Positions 1 to 8,932 of a stretch of 64,000 nt of DNA are shown here, piece after piece. Source of the DNA: a virus (Duplodnaviria > Caudoviricetes); IMG/VR virus record IMGVR_UViG_2823817231_000001, positions 1 through 64,000 of that record; one strand, written 5' to 3'. The notes below the pieces were generated by a model that saw only the letters and a list, made by a program, of their open reading frames with translations, made no database searches and had not been told where the DNA came from. Every line of letters starts with the position of its first letter. Within the stretch, counting starts at the first letter, position 1. The translations under genes were made by a program, and so were the position numbers.

Positions 1-192
1 TCATCTGGGGCCTTTCAACAGCCGGTCGAGCGGGTTGCGGCGCGTGACGGTTTCGCTTGGGGCCTCGCTGGCCTCCATCACGATATTGCCGCCGGGCTCA
101 ATAACCACGCGAATCGCCGAAAAGCCAGCCTTGCGCGCGCCCTTCATCGCGCGGGCAATGTCGGTCTGGGTGAAGCGGGCGGGGGCGCTCAT
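1..192 (-). CDS. Small putative excisionase/DNA-binding protein
   Basis: 63 aa, FTQTDIARAMKGA motif, last gene of the leftward operon where an integrase would follow; function inferred from position. Confidence 0.5.
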   Translation of the reverse strand: MSAPARFTQTDIARAMKGARKAGFSAIRVVIEPGGNIVMEASEAPSETVTRRNPLDRLLKGPR

Positions 193-509
193 CCCGTTAC
201 GCCTCCTTGTCCCCGGATATAGGCCAAGGTCTGTTCTTCGGTTTGCGGCTGTTGGCCGGGCCGGGCCATGTTGGGCAAGCCAAGTTCAGAATAGCGCTTG
301 ATAATGTCAGCGCAGCCGACGTCTTTAGGCGGAAAGTGGTCCGTCACCAGATAGATATAGCCGGGCAGCATATTCGGCGGCAGGCGGCCGTAATCAAACT
401 TTCCGCAATCAAACACCCGGTCCGTAGGCATGTTGAATAGGGCAGCAATCGAGGCGGCGTGAAGTGTCTTACCGCATGCGGGCGGCCCATAAATGATGAC
501 GGTTTTCAT
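189..509 (-). CDS. Small P-loop (kinase/ATPase-like) protein
   Basis: IIYGPPACGKT Walker A; ATGA-coupled on both sides. Confidence 0.6.
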   Translation of the reverse strand: MKTVIIYGPPACGKTLHAASIAALFNMPTDRVFDCGKFDYGRLPPNMLPGYIYLVTDHFPPKDVGCADIIKRYSELGLPNMARPGQQPQTEEQTLAYIRGQGGVTG

Positions 510-1240
510 GCGAACAAACCTCCTGTTGCGGGCGCGATTTTGGCCCATTGGTCGGGATAGGCGGGGTAGTCCCCTGCCCGCTCCAGTTTGGTGCGGCAGG
601 GGGCGATCCAGTGGAGTTCGGTGGGGCGGTCGCCGTGGCCGGGGAGCCAGAGCAGCCAGCAATAGCTGGTGGCGGTGCTGGCCTTGCGGGGCTTGCCCTT
701 CTCGTCCAGGTTGAACGGATCGGGCTTGCCTGTCTCGATCAGGCGGCCACGAAACATGCCCACCCTTTCGGAGAATTGTAGGACATGGCTAGGCCGGTGC
801 TCGCTCGCGAACAGATCGTGGTGGCGGTCCTGACCTTCGAGGAAGGATGTGCGCACCAGCATGGCCACGCCCCGGCGCGCGTGGCGGCGGGCGGTGGCGA
901 TGAATTGTTCGGCCACCAGAAAGGGCGGGTTGGTGATGATCCATTCGACCGGCGGCCAAGGCGCATAGGTGTCGAGCGCGAGGAAATCGCACAGGCCGTT
1001 GTTGCCGTATTGATGGACATCGGTGGCGCGGACTTCCTCGAAATATTCGCCCAGCGCATGGGCCATGTGCATTTCGCCGCAGGCCGGTTCCCATGCGTGG
1101 AAGGATGACAGCGGTTCGCCGCGCGCGGCCAGCCATTCGCAGAAAGCGCGCGTGGCCCATGGAGGCGTCGGGAAATAGTCGAGCGCATCGGGCGCCGGGG
1201 CGCGCTGGGCCATGACGGCGGGGGAGCGGTTGGCAGTCAT
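506..1240 (-). CDS. SAM-dependent DNA amino-methyltransferase
   Basis: DYFPTPPW, WEPACGEMHM (motif I), ITNPPF (motif IV). Confidence 0.85.
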   Translation of the reverse strand: MTANRSPAVMAQRAPAPDALDYFPTPPWATRAFCEWLAARGEPLSSFHAWEPACGEMHMAHALGEYFEEVRATDVHQYGNNGLCDFLALDTYAPWPPVEWIITNPPFLVAEQFIATARRHARRGVAMLVRTSFLEGQDRHHDLFASEHRPSHVLQFSERVGMFRGRLIETGKPDPFNLDEKGKPRKASTATSYCWLLWLPGHGDRPTELHWIAPCRTKLERAGDYPAYPDQWAKIAPATGGLFA

Positions 1241-1809
1241 GCGGCTTGAACAGTCCGGATGGCGGCACAACATTGGAGCGAACGGTCACGCTCTATTGCA
1301 TTCTGATACTTTGCCTGCCGAGCATTACCATTCTGTGGATAATTTTGATTTCTACGTAACTGGCATCCTTTATCGGAAATCTGGTTTTCTGATATTAAAG
1401 ATAAACAGAATCCCAAGATATGGATACAAAAATGACAGATACGCAATACCAAAGCAGTATTGATCTCGTTGAAACCACCGGGTTTCATCGCGATTTTGAA
1501 TACATGATAACCATTTCCGCTTTTAATGGCTGCAAAGATGATTGGGTAAATATTTTTATTAACGGCCAATATCTTCGCATCCGGTTCGACATCTGCATCG
1601 ATAGTCTCGCTGATGTGCGGCATGGCGTTAATCTCAGAATAGGAGATTTTAAGCAGCTCGCGTTGGACGAGATCGCATCTGGAAGGTCGCAAACGCTGAC
1701 CCCGCGGGAGCAAGGATGGGCATGTGGCAGAGGTCATAGCGTCTCGCTTGGCCCGGCCAGCCATTCGCAGAACGCGCGTGTGGCCCAAGGTGGCGTTTGG
1801 AAATAGTCG
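1126..1809. repeat. 56-bp imperfect direct repeat (1126-1181 and 1754-1809)
   Basis: 50/56 identical; both encode DYFxTPPWATRAFCEWLA on the minus strand. Confidence 0.9.
1420..1806 (+). CDS. Low-GC inverted moron, hypothetical protein
   Basis: 128-aa ORF in AT-rich island, opposite to operon. Confidence 0.5.
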   Translation: MDTKMTDTQYQSSIDLVETTGFHRDFEYMITISAFNGCKDDWVNIFINGQYLRIRFDICIDSLADVRHGVNLRIGDFKQLALDEIASGRSQTLTPREQGWACGRGHSVSLGPASHSQNARVAQGGVWK

Positions 1810-1838
1810 GGCGCGGCGGTGAAGATGTCGCGGGTCAC
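1734..1838 (-). pseudogene. 34-aa truncated N-terminal copy of the methyltransferase
   Basis: GTG start coupled to upstream stop; DYFQTPPWATRAFCEWLA then stop. Confidence 0.7.
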
Positions 1839-2248
1839 AGGAAGCATTCCCCATCGTGGAACACTTCGCAGCGCAGGCCGTCGCAGAGCTGTCCGACCAT
1901 GACGGTATAGCCGCCATAGGTGGGGCCATTGTCCCAGAAGCACATGTCGAGCGAACGGCAATAGTGACGGCCGGTGCGGCGCTCGTAGGCATCCTCCTGC
2001 GTTTGGGTCCAATGACGGCCAAGGATCAGCGCCAACGACATGCGGACGGCGCGCCAGAAGGTCCAATCATCGCCCTTCCCGGCACTGTGGCCCATGCAGC
2101 CGAGATACCCGACCTGCGGCCCGCGATAGCCCCAGAGCGCTTTGAGCGCCTTGAAGCGCTGGTGGCGCTCTTCCTGATCCAGATCCCAATGCCAGAAGCG
2201 GCGATCCTCGGCCGACATGCCCCATTCGTCTTTGGGTGGGTAGGTCAT
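1835..2248 (-). CDS. Hypothetical phage protein
   Basis: Coupled ORF MTYPPKDEW... Confidence 0.65.
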   Translation of the reverse strand: MTYPPKDEWGMSAEDRRFWHWDLDQEERHQRFKALKALWGYRGPQVGYLGCMGHSAGKGDDWTFWRAVRMSLALILGRHWTQTQEDAYERRTGRHYCRSLDMCFWDNGPTYGGYTVMVGQLCDGLRCEVFHDGECFL

Positions 2249-2766
2249 TTGTTGATCCCAAATTGCCAAGGTTGGTGGCCTGCATCGCGCAGCTTGCGTT
2301 CGACTTCGGCCAAGGTGCGTTCGGCGTAGAGGGCGCGTTTGCGCAGCAGGTCCGCATCGCGGTTGATGTTGCCGCTTTGCCGGATCAGCGAGACGACGAA
2401 TTCCCAAGAGGGCGCGTCCTTGTCGCGCAGGGGCGCGTTGATGCGGGTTTTCAGCTTCTCGCCGTCAAACTCGATCAGCCCGGCCCAATCGGGGCATTCC
2501 TCCGGGCGGATCAGATCGACCGGCGTCACGTAATAGAAGCGGTCGGAGAACAGGCGGGCTTCGCGCTGTTTGATCGCGGAATCGCGCTTGAAGTCGGCGC
2601 GGGACACCTTGATTTCATAGGCGTCGGCCTTGAAACCGGAGGATGAATTGGCGCTGATCGTCCAGAAGTCGACGCGGCGCGCGCCTTGGGAAAAGGCCAG
2701 TTCGGAGGCATAGATGCCGTCACCAGCGCGCTTGACCAGTGCGGCAAGGATTTCCTCGGCGGTCAT
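2245..2766 (-). CDS. MmcB/DUF1052-like PD-(D/E)XK endonuclease
   Basis: RRVDFW...AYEIKVSRADFKRD...DRFYYVTP...CPDWAGLI signature. Confidence 0.8.
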   Translation of the reverse strand: MTAEEILAALVKRAGDGIYASELAFSQGARRVDFWTISANSSSGFKADAYEIKVSRADFKRDSAIKQREARLFSDRFYYVTPVDLIRPEECPDWAGLIEFDGEKLKTRINAPLRDKDAPSWEFVVSLIRQSGNINRDADLLRKRALYAERTLAEVERKLRDAGHQPWQFGINK

Positions 2767-3034
2767 GGCGCCCCCACTTTGGAAATGCCACAAGAGGACA
2801 GGCCATTCGATTGGCTCGAAAACGGAAGGCGAAGCACGCCAACCGATGACAAACGCGTCTCCAACTTTGCCGCGATGGGATTAGTTGGTGTGGCTTCTTT
2901 TGAAAGGAAAGAAGCAATGAAGCGACACATCCGCAAGCGTTTGTCTTTGTCCGACCTAGTCCCAGCCGTCCATCTTCTGTCCCATCTATGGGATTGGTTG
3001 GAGCATTTTAGGTCGGACGATTGGAATTGGTAGG

Positions 3035-3340
3035 TCATGCCCCTGCCCTCCCGGTCGGCGGGGTGTCGGGGTGGGCGTTGATGCCGGTGGCGTCGGCCGG
3101 GTCGATGCAGATCCACATCGGGCAGTCTTTGGCGTGGCCCCAGCGATACCAGCGGCCCAGCGGGGTGCCGTCCTGATAGGCGTGGATCAGCCAGCGCAGG
3201 TCGCCCGGCTGATGCGGGACATAGCCCTTGTCGCTGCCGGGCACCGGGGCGCCACCCCGCCACATCGGGCGGATGGCGCGCGGGGTATAGGCGCGGGCCG
3301 ATGGTTGCGCCGGGGCGCCCATGAGGTCGAGGAGGTTCAT
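3035..3340 (-). CDS. Hypothetical phage protein
   Basis: ATGA-coupled ORF. Confidence 0.6.
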   Translation of the reverse strand: MNLLDLMGAPAQPSARAYTPRAIRPMWRGGAPVPGSDKGYVPHQPGDLRWLIHAYQDGTPLGRWYRWGHAKDCPMWICIDPADATGINAHPDTPPTGRAGA

Positions 3341-3921
3341 GCCGCTGCCCTTTGGGCGCAATGGACGCGCAGGCCGTGCAGTGGGCAGACCACAACGCCA
3401 TCAGCATCGGGGGCGAAGCTCGACAGGTCCACCTTGCGATGGGGGCATAGCAGGCGGCCATCGGGCTTTTGGATGGGGATGGCCGGATCGGAATATTCGG
3501 CGCGCAGGGCCTGCATGGGCGGCCTATCGCCAAACGGATAAATGGGAGTTTTGCGGCTGCAACGCAGCGCCTTCAATTCCGGGCGCCCTTTGGGCACTTC
3601 GACCGGATTTGCTACGCGCCGCTTTGCCAGTGGTAGTCCGCTAACCGTGACGGCCAATGGATCAAACCCATCGGCCAAGCGTGATCCGCGCATGTAGTTG
3701 CGCACTAGGCGCGCCTGATCGGCGGTCAAAAAGCGTGCGTCGATATGGTAATGCGGCTCAGGAAAGTTGAAGTGCTTGGCATCGGTATGCATCGGGCCAA
3801 GTACCGGCCAGTCATCTTCGCGGTTCAGATAGATGAAATGGACCACGGGCACCATGTAGGTGCGGCGAATGACCGGTGGGGTGCGGAGGTCGGAAAGCAG
3901 GGGGATGGCGGGATCAGCCAT
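3337..3921 (-). CDS. Protein with C-terminal Rieske-like CxH...CxxH motif
   Basis: LLCPHRKVDL...VVVCPLHG. Confidence 0.6.
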   Translation of the reverse strand: MADPAIPLLSDLRTPPVIRRTYMVPVVHFIYLNREDDWPVLGPMHTDAKHFNFPEPHYHIDARFLTADQARLVRNYMRGSRLADGFDPLAVTVSGLPLAKRRVANPVEVPKGRPELKALRCSRKTPIYPFGDRPPMQALRAEYSDPAIPIQKPDGRLLCPHRKVDLSSFAPDADGVVVCPLHGLRVHCAQRAAA

Positions 3922-3939
3922 TGTCGTTTTCCTTCCCAA

Positions 3940-4977
3940 TCAGGTGAATTGGCGCAACGAGCAGTGGCGGTCGGGGCAGGCTCCGGCCTTGCCGCGTGAG
4001 ACGAGGCTGTCGCATTGGTCGCACCAGCCTTTGCCTTCGGCGTTAAAGGGGGATTTGGGCGCCGGGCGTGGCGTCATGGAAACGCTCTGCACCTGTATGA
4101 TTGTCGCCTTCGGCAAAGCTTCTGCGACTTCTCGCTTTGGGGCCGATGGGCGCAGGTTGGGCGCGCATTCATAGAGGATCGCCATGCGCAGGGCAGCCTC
4201 GCGCGACACGTTCAGCCGGTCGCGCTCCAGCGTGGCGCGGGCGATCCATCCGGTGGCCGGGGTGGCGCCCAGCACCTGCGCCACGCGGGCGGAATTGATG
4301 TTGTGCCGCTGCGTGTCAGGGAACAGGTCGATCAGTGCGCGCAGGATGGTCGAAGTCTGACGCATGGACGTGTCGATGTAGGCGGCGCGGGCTGTGGCCA
4401 GCGCAAAGCGGATCGGATGTTCGCCCCGCTGGCGCAGCAGCTTGACCAGCGCGGGGGCGCATTGCAGTTCGCCCGCACCCCAGCGTTCGGGGTTATTATC
4501 GCGCGTGATGCGCCAGTCGGTGTCGCGCAAGATCTGGGCCAGATGCTGCGCGTAATGATCGCCGGCTGCCAGCATGCCCAGAAACTTGTCGTTCTCGCTC
4601 AGCTTCTGGCGCTGGGTGTTGAGGTCGACGAAGGTGCGCGCCTCCTCGCCCTGGGCGATGCCGGTGACGATGAAGCAGGGCAGATGCGGAATATCGCCGC
4701 GTTCGCGCGCGCCGTTCAGCCGGTGTTGACCATCCAGCACCCACAGCGTGCGATCATCGCGGCGCGACACGGCCAAGGGCTGGCACAAGGGCCATTTCCA
4801 TTCGCGAATCATCGCCACGATCAGGCGGCGCGAGGTGCCATTGTCGGCTGCGCGCTGATATTCGTGGTCGATGTTGAGCTGATCCAGCGCCACCCATTCG
4901 ATGGACGGCGGGGAGCCGGTGACGGGGCCGGTGGGCACCGCAGGCTTTGCGGATGGTGAAGCGGCGGGTTTAGCCAT
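3940..4977 (-). CDS. ParB/Srx-like N-terminal domain protein
   Basis: LNIDHEYQR...WVLDGQHRL motif; C-terminal CxxC...C..C. Confidence 0.75.
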   Translation of the reverse strand: MAKPAASPSAKPAVPTGPVTGSPPSIEWVALDQLNIDHEYQRAADNGTSRRLIVAMIREWKWPLCQPLAVSRRDDRTLWVLDGQHRLNGARERGDIPHLPCFIVTGIAQGEEARTFVDLNTQRQKLSENDKFLGMLAAGDHYAQHLAQILRDTDWRITRDNNPERWGAGELQCAPALVKLLRQRGEHPIRFALATARAAYIDTSMRQTSTILRALIDLFPDTQRHNINSARVAQVLGATPATGWIARATLERDRLNVSREAALRMAILYECAPNLRPSAPKREVAEALPKATIIQVQSVSMTPRPAPKSPFNAEGKGWCDQCDSLVSRGKAGACPDRHCSLRQFT

Positions 4978-5197
4978 GGCGCTGGGCCTCCTGTCGTTGT
5001 GCCTCGCGGCGGATGCGGTGGTAGAGGGTGCCGTGCAGGCGGTTTTCTTCGGCCTGTTCGGCGTCGGTGAGAGGCCGGGCGAGGCGTAGGGCGCCCAGAT
5101 CGGCAAGGCGTTCGGCCACGCCGTGGCGCGGCGCCGGGCCGGGGCGGCGGCGGGGCTGTGTCCAAGGCGGCGGAGCGGATTTGCGGCGGGTTGCCAT
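4970..5197 (-). CDS. Hypothetical phage protein
   Basis: ORF in operon, overlaps next start. Confidence 0.55.
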   Translation of the reverse strand: MATRRKSAPPPWTQPRRRPGPAPRHGVAERLADLGALRLARPLTDAEQAEENRLHGTLYHRIRREAQRQEAQRHG

Positions 5198-5198
5198 A

Positions 5199-5900
5199 TC
5201 AGGCGCCCTTTCCCGGTTGCCCCGGCCCGGATTTGTCCGGTGCCGGGGTGGGGTTGCCCTGGGTGCGACCCTCTGGGCTATCTGCCTGCGCGGTGGCGGG
5301 CGGTGAAAGGGGGTGCGGCGCGTCGGGCCAGTCGGGTGCGGGCCAGTCGCCGCCGATCATGACTGCGACGGCATTGGCGCAGGGGCATGGGTCCATCGCG
5401 AAATGGGCGTAATCCAGCGCGCCGGTGTTGCGGCAATGGGAGCAGACGGGGCGGGCATCGCCCAGCGCGGACGGGGCCCAATGCGCGGGGAAGCGGAAAG
5501 ACAGCCAGTGGCCGCTGGGGCAGTGGGAGAAGTCATCCATGCGGTCCAGCACGTCGATCAGGGCGCGTTGATCGCCGTCCATCACCAGATCGGCCAGCAT
5601 GGGCAGATTGTCGCCGCGCAGGCTGAACTGGACGCAGATCCACGGGCTGTCTTTGGCGCGGGACAGAGTGCAGCGCGGCCAAAGGTGATGGTTCAGCGCT
5701 TCGACAAGGGCGCGGCGGCGGCTGAGGCGCCAGAAGCCGAAATAACCGGCGCGATACTTCCATGAAAAAAGATACTTGGGTGCCGCAATGGCTTGGGCCG
5801 TCAAAACCTTGGTAAATCCCCAAGTGATATTCAGATGGGGCACAACAACCCATCCTTCGAACGGCTGACGGTCGCCATCGGGTTGACGAAGAAATTTCAT
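5199..5900 (-). CDS. Hypothetical phage protein
   Basis: 233-aa ORF, ATGA-coupled. Confidence 0.6.
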   Translation of the reverse strand: MKFLRQPDGDRQPFEGWVVVPHLNITWGFTKVLTAQAIAAPKYLFSWKYRAGYFGFWRLSRRRALVEALNHHLWPRCTLSRAKDSPWICVQFSLRGDNLPMLADLVMDGDQRALIDVLDRMDDFSHCPSGHWLSFRFPAHWAPSALGDARPVCSHCRNTGALDYAHFAMDPCPCANAVAVMIGGDWPAPDWPDAPHPLSPPATAQADSPEGRTQGNPTPAPDKSGPGQPGKGA

Positions 5901-6031
5901 GGCATCGACCTCGCAAGCAGGAGGATCAGGCGGGCCAGCGCGTCGGTCCAGGCGGGAAGCCGGGCGATGGCGCAGCCGGTGAGAGTGCCCAGCACCAGCA
6001 GGGCGGAATAGATCAGGGCACCGCGCATCAT
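5897..6031 (-). CDS. Small membrane peptide
   Basis: Hydrophobic ALIYSALLVLGTLTGC; coupled at both ends. Confidence 0.5.
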   Translation of the reverse strand: MMRGALIYSALLVLGTLTGCAIARLPAWTDALARLILLLARSMP

Positions 6032-6285
6032 TTCCCCCTTTGGGGCGGCGGCGGCAGCGCGGGGCGCTGTTCGAAGAAGCGGGCGGATGGGCCGCATTGC
6101 TCCACCCGCATGATCAGCGAGTGATCGCGGGCGCGTTCGCAGGTGGGGTTTTTGCTGGCCCGGATGGTCACTTCGCCCCACGCGTGGGTGAAGGTTTTGC
6201 CGATCGGGCGGGTGCAGCGCTGCGGGGCCATGCCCATCGCCGAGGATAGCCAGCGGCATTCCCCGCAGGTTGGGGCGCCGGTCAT
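6028..6285 (-). CDS. Small Cys-rich hypothetical protein
   Basis: CGEC...C...C...C; coupled. Confidence 0.55.
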   Translation of the reverse strand: MTGAPTCGECRWLSSAMGMAPQRCTRPIGKTFTHAWGEVTIRASKNPTCERARDHSLIMRVEQCGPSARFFEQRPALPPPPQRGK

Positions 6286-6473
6286 GCGTATTGCACCGTG
6301 ATGCTGATCAGCGTGCAGACCACGGCCAGAACGATCAGGCCGTAATCCCACATGGCCGAGCGGACCGGGCAGACCGGGCAGCGTTCGTCGCGGCGCAGCG
6401 TGGCGCGATAGGCATCGAGGGCGGTGGCGCTGTCTTCATCGGCGCGGGGCGCGAGGGAGAGGATGGAGCGCAT
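6282..6473 (-). CDS. Small membrane-anchored hypothetical protein
   Basis: CPVC plus C-terminal hydrophobic helix. Confidence 0.55.
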   Translation of the reverse strand: MRSILSLAPRADEDSATALDAYRATLRRDERCPVCPVRSAMWDYGLIVLAVVCTLISITVQYA

Positions 6474-7450
6474 CAGGCTTGGCCCTCCTGCGCCCGCGTA
6501 ATCTCCGCATACTGGTCGATGGCATCCTGTTCAGGGATTGCGATCTCATCGGGGTTGTCCTTGCGAACGTGCCATCCGCCATCGCGTGTGCCCGCAATCT
6601 TGAGGGCCTCGTCACGGCTATAGCGGCCAGCATTGGCAATGATGCGCGTGTAGCCGCGGCGGTCCTTGCCCCACCAAGCCGCGTGTTCGTTCGACCAGAC
6701 GAGGTATTTTTGGGCATCGCGCGGGTCGATCACGCCCACGGCCTCAAGCGCGCCCGTTTCCTGAAAATGCTCTGCCATTTCCGAAAACGACACGGGCAAA
6801 GGCGCAGGGCCTTCGATGTTGGGGAGTGCGGTGATCGCAGTGGCCTGACGGTGGGCGATGATGTGAGGGAATGCAGGATGGCTGTCAGGAGCGTCCCGCA
6901 GTTCGCCTTCTGAGACCCACTCATTTCCGTTCATGGACAGAAGGATGTGCGCGAACAAATCCCGATCCATCTGCGTCACCCCATCGCTGGCCATATAGGC
7001 CTGTACGGTCGCGAACGCGGTTTTGGCGCGGCTCAGATAATGCTGGCGAACGGCATCGGCGTCATGGTCCTCGTAAAAGGCGGCCATGCAGGTGCTGCTC
7101 TCGCAATAGATGTCGTTGTCGGCATCCTGCAGGCAGGGCTCATCCCAGTTAAGCTGATCTGCCTTGGCCTGATCGCGGGCGATACGTTCGACCAGATCGG
7201 CGTGGGCGGGATAAGGTGCAGACCCGGCAATCAAGCGGGCAGCGACACCGATGATGCATGGCTGCTCTTCCTGAGGAATTAGGCCTTCAAGCGTTTCGAC
7301 AGCCTTGGAAAGATTGTCCCATGATTCCTGCGACACCTCCGGCGGATTGTCGTTCGCAGTGTCGTCCAGCAGGTAATATGCATGGTTCAGAACTTCGCGA
7401 ACGGCCTCGACCAGATCGGCGGGTGCGGTTTGGGTGGTATCGACCATCAC
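6473..7450 (-). CDS. Hypothetical multi-domain early protein
   Basis: 325-aa ORF coupled on both sides. Confidence 0.7.
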   Translation of the reverse strand: MMVDTTQTAPADLVEAVREVLNHAYYLLDDTANDNPPEVSQESWDNLSKAVETLEGLIPQEEQPCIIGVAARLIAGSAPYPAHADLVERIARDQAKADQLNWDEPCLQDADNDIYCESSTCMAAFYEDHDADAVRQHYLSRAKTAFATVQAYMASDGVTQMDRDLFAHILLSMNGNEWVSEGELRDAPDSHPAFPHIIAHRQATAITALPNIEGPAPLPVSFSEMAEHFQETGALEAVGVIDPRDAQKYLVWSNEHAAWWGKDRRGYTRIIANAGRYSRDEALKIAGTRDGGWHVRKDNPDEIAIPEQDAIDQYAEITRAQEGQA

Positions 7451-7911
7451 GCCGCCTCCGCAATCGGGGTGTGGCTGGCGCCGTAGGGCGGGATCGGGTG
7501 GCCGTTGGGGTCAAAGGCCAGTGCGAGGCCGATGCGGTAGAGCGCGAGGGCTTCGGGGGTGCCCGTGGCGACGGCCTTGTCGCGGGTGCGGGTCAGCAGA
7601 CCCGCCCAGCGGTCGCGGGGGAAGATGTTATCCGCGATGGTGCGGCGGGCGCGGCCATCGGAAACGGGGACGGTGGCGCCAAAGATGGCCTGCCCTTCCC
7701 GCTCCTCGGCAATCAGGCCGCCCAGCTCGGGCAGATCGGCGCCGCATAGGCAGGCTATGGCCAGCCACGGATGGAGCGCCCGGTCGGCCTCGGGGGCGGT
7801 GATGCGGCCAGCGTTGACCGCTGCCTGCGCGTTGGCCTTGCGGGAAAGATAGAGACCGGCCGCCATATCGGCCAGCGAGGGTTCGGATGAAACGGGCGAT
7901 GTAAGGGACAT
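7447..7911 (-). CDS. First gene of leftward operon, hypothetical
   Basis: RBS AAGGAGG before ATG. Confidence 0.75.
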   Translation of the reverse strand: MSLTSPVSSEPSLADMAAGLYLSRKANAQAAVNAGRITAPEADRALHPWLAIACLCGADLPELGGLIAEEREGQAIFGATVPVSDGRARRTIADNIFPRDRWAGLLTRTRDKAVATGTPEALALYRIGLALAFDPNGHPIPPYGASHTPIAEAA

Positions 7912-7934
7912 GGGCGCCTCCTTTCGGTGGCGCC

Positions 7935-7988
7935 TGTATCGTGTGACGCATCACACCTTGTCAACTCAAAAAGTGTGATGCATCACAC
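7935..7988 (-). promoter_or_regulatory. PL promoter with two operators GTGTGA-N4-TCACAC (7941-7956, 7973-7988)
   Basis: TTGACA on minus strand at 7964-7959 between palindromes. Confidence 0.8.
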
Positions 7989-8060
7989 TGTCCGCAATCT
8001 AATCCAATCCATCACACTGATCAAAAAGGGGGAAATATCCTGCGGAAGCGACCGGGCAAC

Positions 8061-8097
8061 AAAAAAGGCGGGCCATGCTGCCATAGCCCGCCGCTTT
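8061..8097 (-). terminator. Rho-independent terminator after cI
   Basis: A6 followed by GGCGGGC...GCCCGCC hairpin. Confidence 0.6.
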
Positions 8098-8125
8098 AAG
8101 CCGCCGCATGTTCAATCCTGGCTAG

Positions 8126-8494
8126 TCAGGCCGGTTCGGGCTGGTCATCTTCGTCACCCTTGTGCTTGAATTTTGCAGAGGTTTCGCGAAGGGTGTTGAT
8201 GAATATCTTGGCCTGCTGCTGCATTTGCGGGTCAAGGTTCCTATAGATTTCAAATGTTTCTACTTTTTCGTCATCTTCGCGGCCAAGCATTTCCTCAAGC
8301 GTAACCCCGAAGTAATCCGCCAGCTTGACCGCAGTGCCGATATGCACATCCTTGCGCTTTGGAGCGAAGATGTCCCGCACCGCCGTTTCACCCAGACCTG
8401 CCCGGATAGACAATGACTTAGGCGCGAGGCCATGCATTTCCATCAGGTATGTCAGGCGTGTGCGAAACCGCTCAATATCGAATGCTTTACCCAT
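8126..8494 (-). CDS. CI-like XRE HTH repressor without S24 peptidase domain
   Basis: SLSIRAGLGETAVRDIF...AVKLADYFGVTLEEML; 122 aa; divergent from cro. Confidence 0.85.
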   Translation of the reverse strand: MGKAFDIERFRTRLTYLMEMHGLAPKSLSIRAGLGETAVRDIFAPKRKDVHIGTAVKLADYFGVTLEEMLGREDDEKVETFEIYRNLDPQMQQQAKIFINTLRETSAKFKHKGDEDDQPEPA

Positions 8495-8548
8495 GGGTGC
8501 AGTATCCCACGTGGGCATAGGGCATGAACAGTTGAGACGTTTCACCTC

Positions 8549-8578
8549 TTGACGGTGTGACATATCACACCTTATGCA
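8549..8578 (+). promoter_or_regulatory. PR promoter with operator GGTGTGACATATCACACC (8554-8571)
   Basis: TTGACG -35; third copy of operator in the spacer. Confidence 0.8.
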
Positions 8579-8584
8579 GGCGCC

Positions 8585-8932
8585 ATGAGCCTGCTTCATG
8601 ACATCGAGACGTTCATCGTCGAAACTGGGATCGCCCCGACCGCACTTGGCGTCGGCGCGACTGGGGACCGGCATCTGGTCCGTCAAATGCGCCAAGGTCG
8701 CGAGGTATTTTCTCGCACTGAGAAGCGCATCAGGGACTTCATGGAGAGGTATCGGGGGGCTCATGAGGTGACTTCTACCGCAACTGCGAACAGCGGTTCG
8801 ACTGGAAATATCAAGGATTTGTCCGCCGGAACAAACGGAGTCGCAGCCGGTCCGGGTGATGCCACGGTTGCGCATGCGGAAGCCGGAGGGGCGGCAAGCC
8901 TCTCCGGTGGATGCGAAGGATATGCGGCATGA
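8585..8932 (+). CDS. Cro-like regulator
   Basis: LLHDIETFIVETGIAPTALGVGATGDRHLVRQMRQGR; divergent from cI. Confidence 0.75.
   Translation: MSLLHDIETFIVETGIAPTALGVGATGDRHLVRQMRQGREVFSRTEKRIRDFMERYRGAHEVTSTATANSGSTGNIKDLSAGTNGVAAGPGDATVAHAEAGGAASLSGGCEGYAA

Noticed and set aside
1126-1809. Repeat pair as DGR template/variable region
   Set aside because: Mismatches are not adenine-specific and no reverse transcriptase is in the window. A DGR further along the BPP-1-like prophage cannot be excluded from this window.
7941-8571. TGTGA...TCACA palindromes as CRP/FNR sites
   Set aside because: Spacer is 4 bp rather than 6 and the sites overlap PL/PR, fitting phage operators.
8495-8875. Extended N-termini of the cI ORFs given in the track (8875; also 48600)
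   Set aside because: They run through operators and cro; the HTH domains start at 8494 and 48279.
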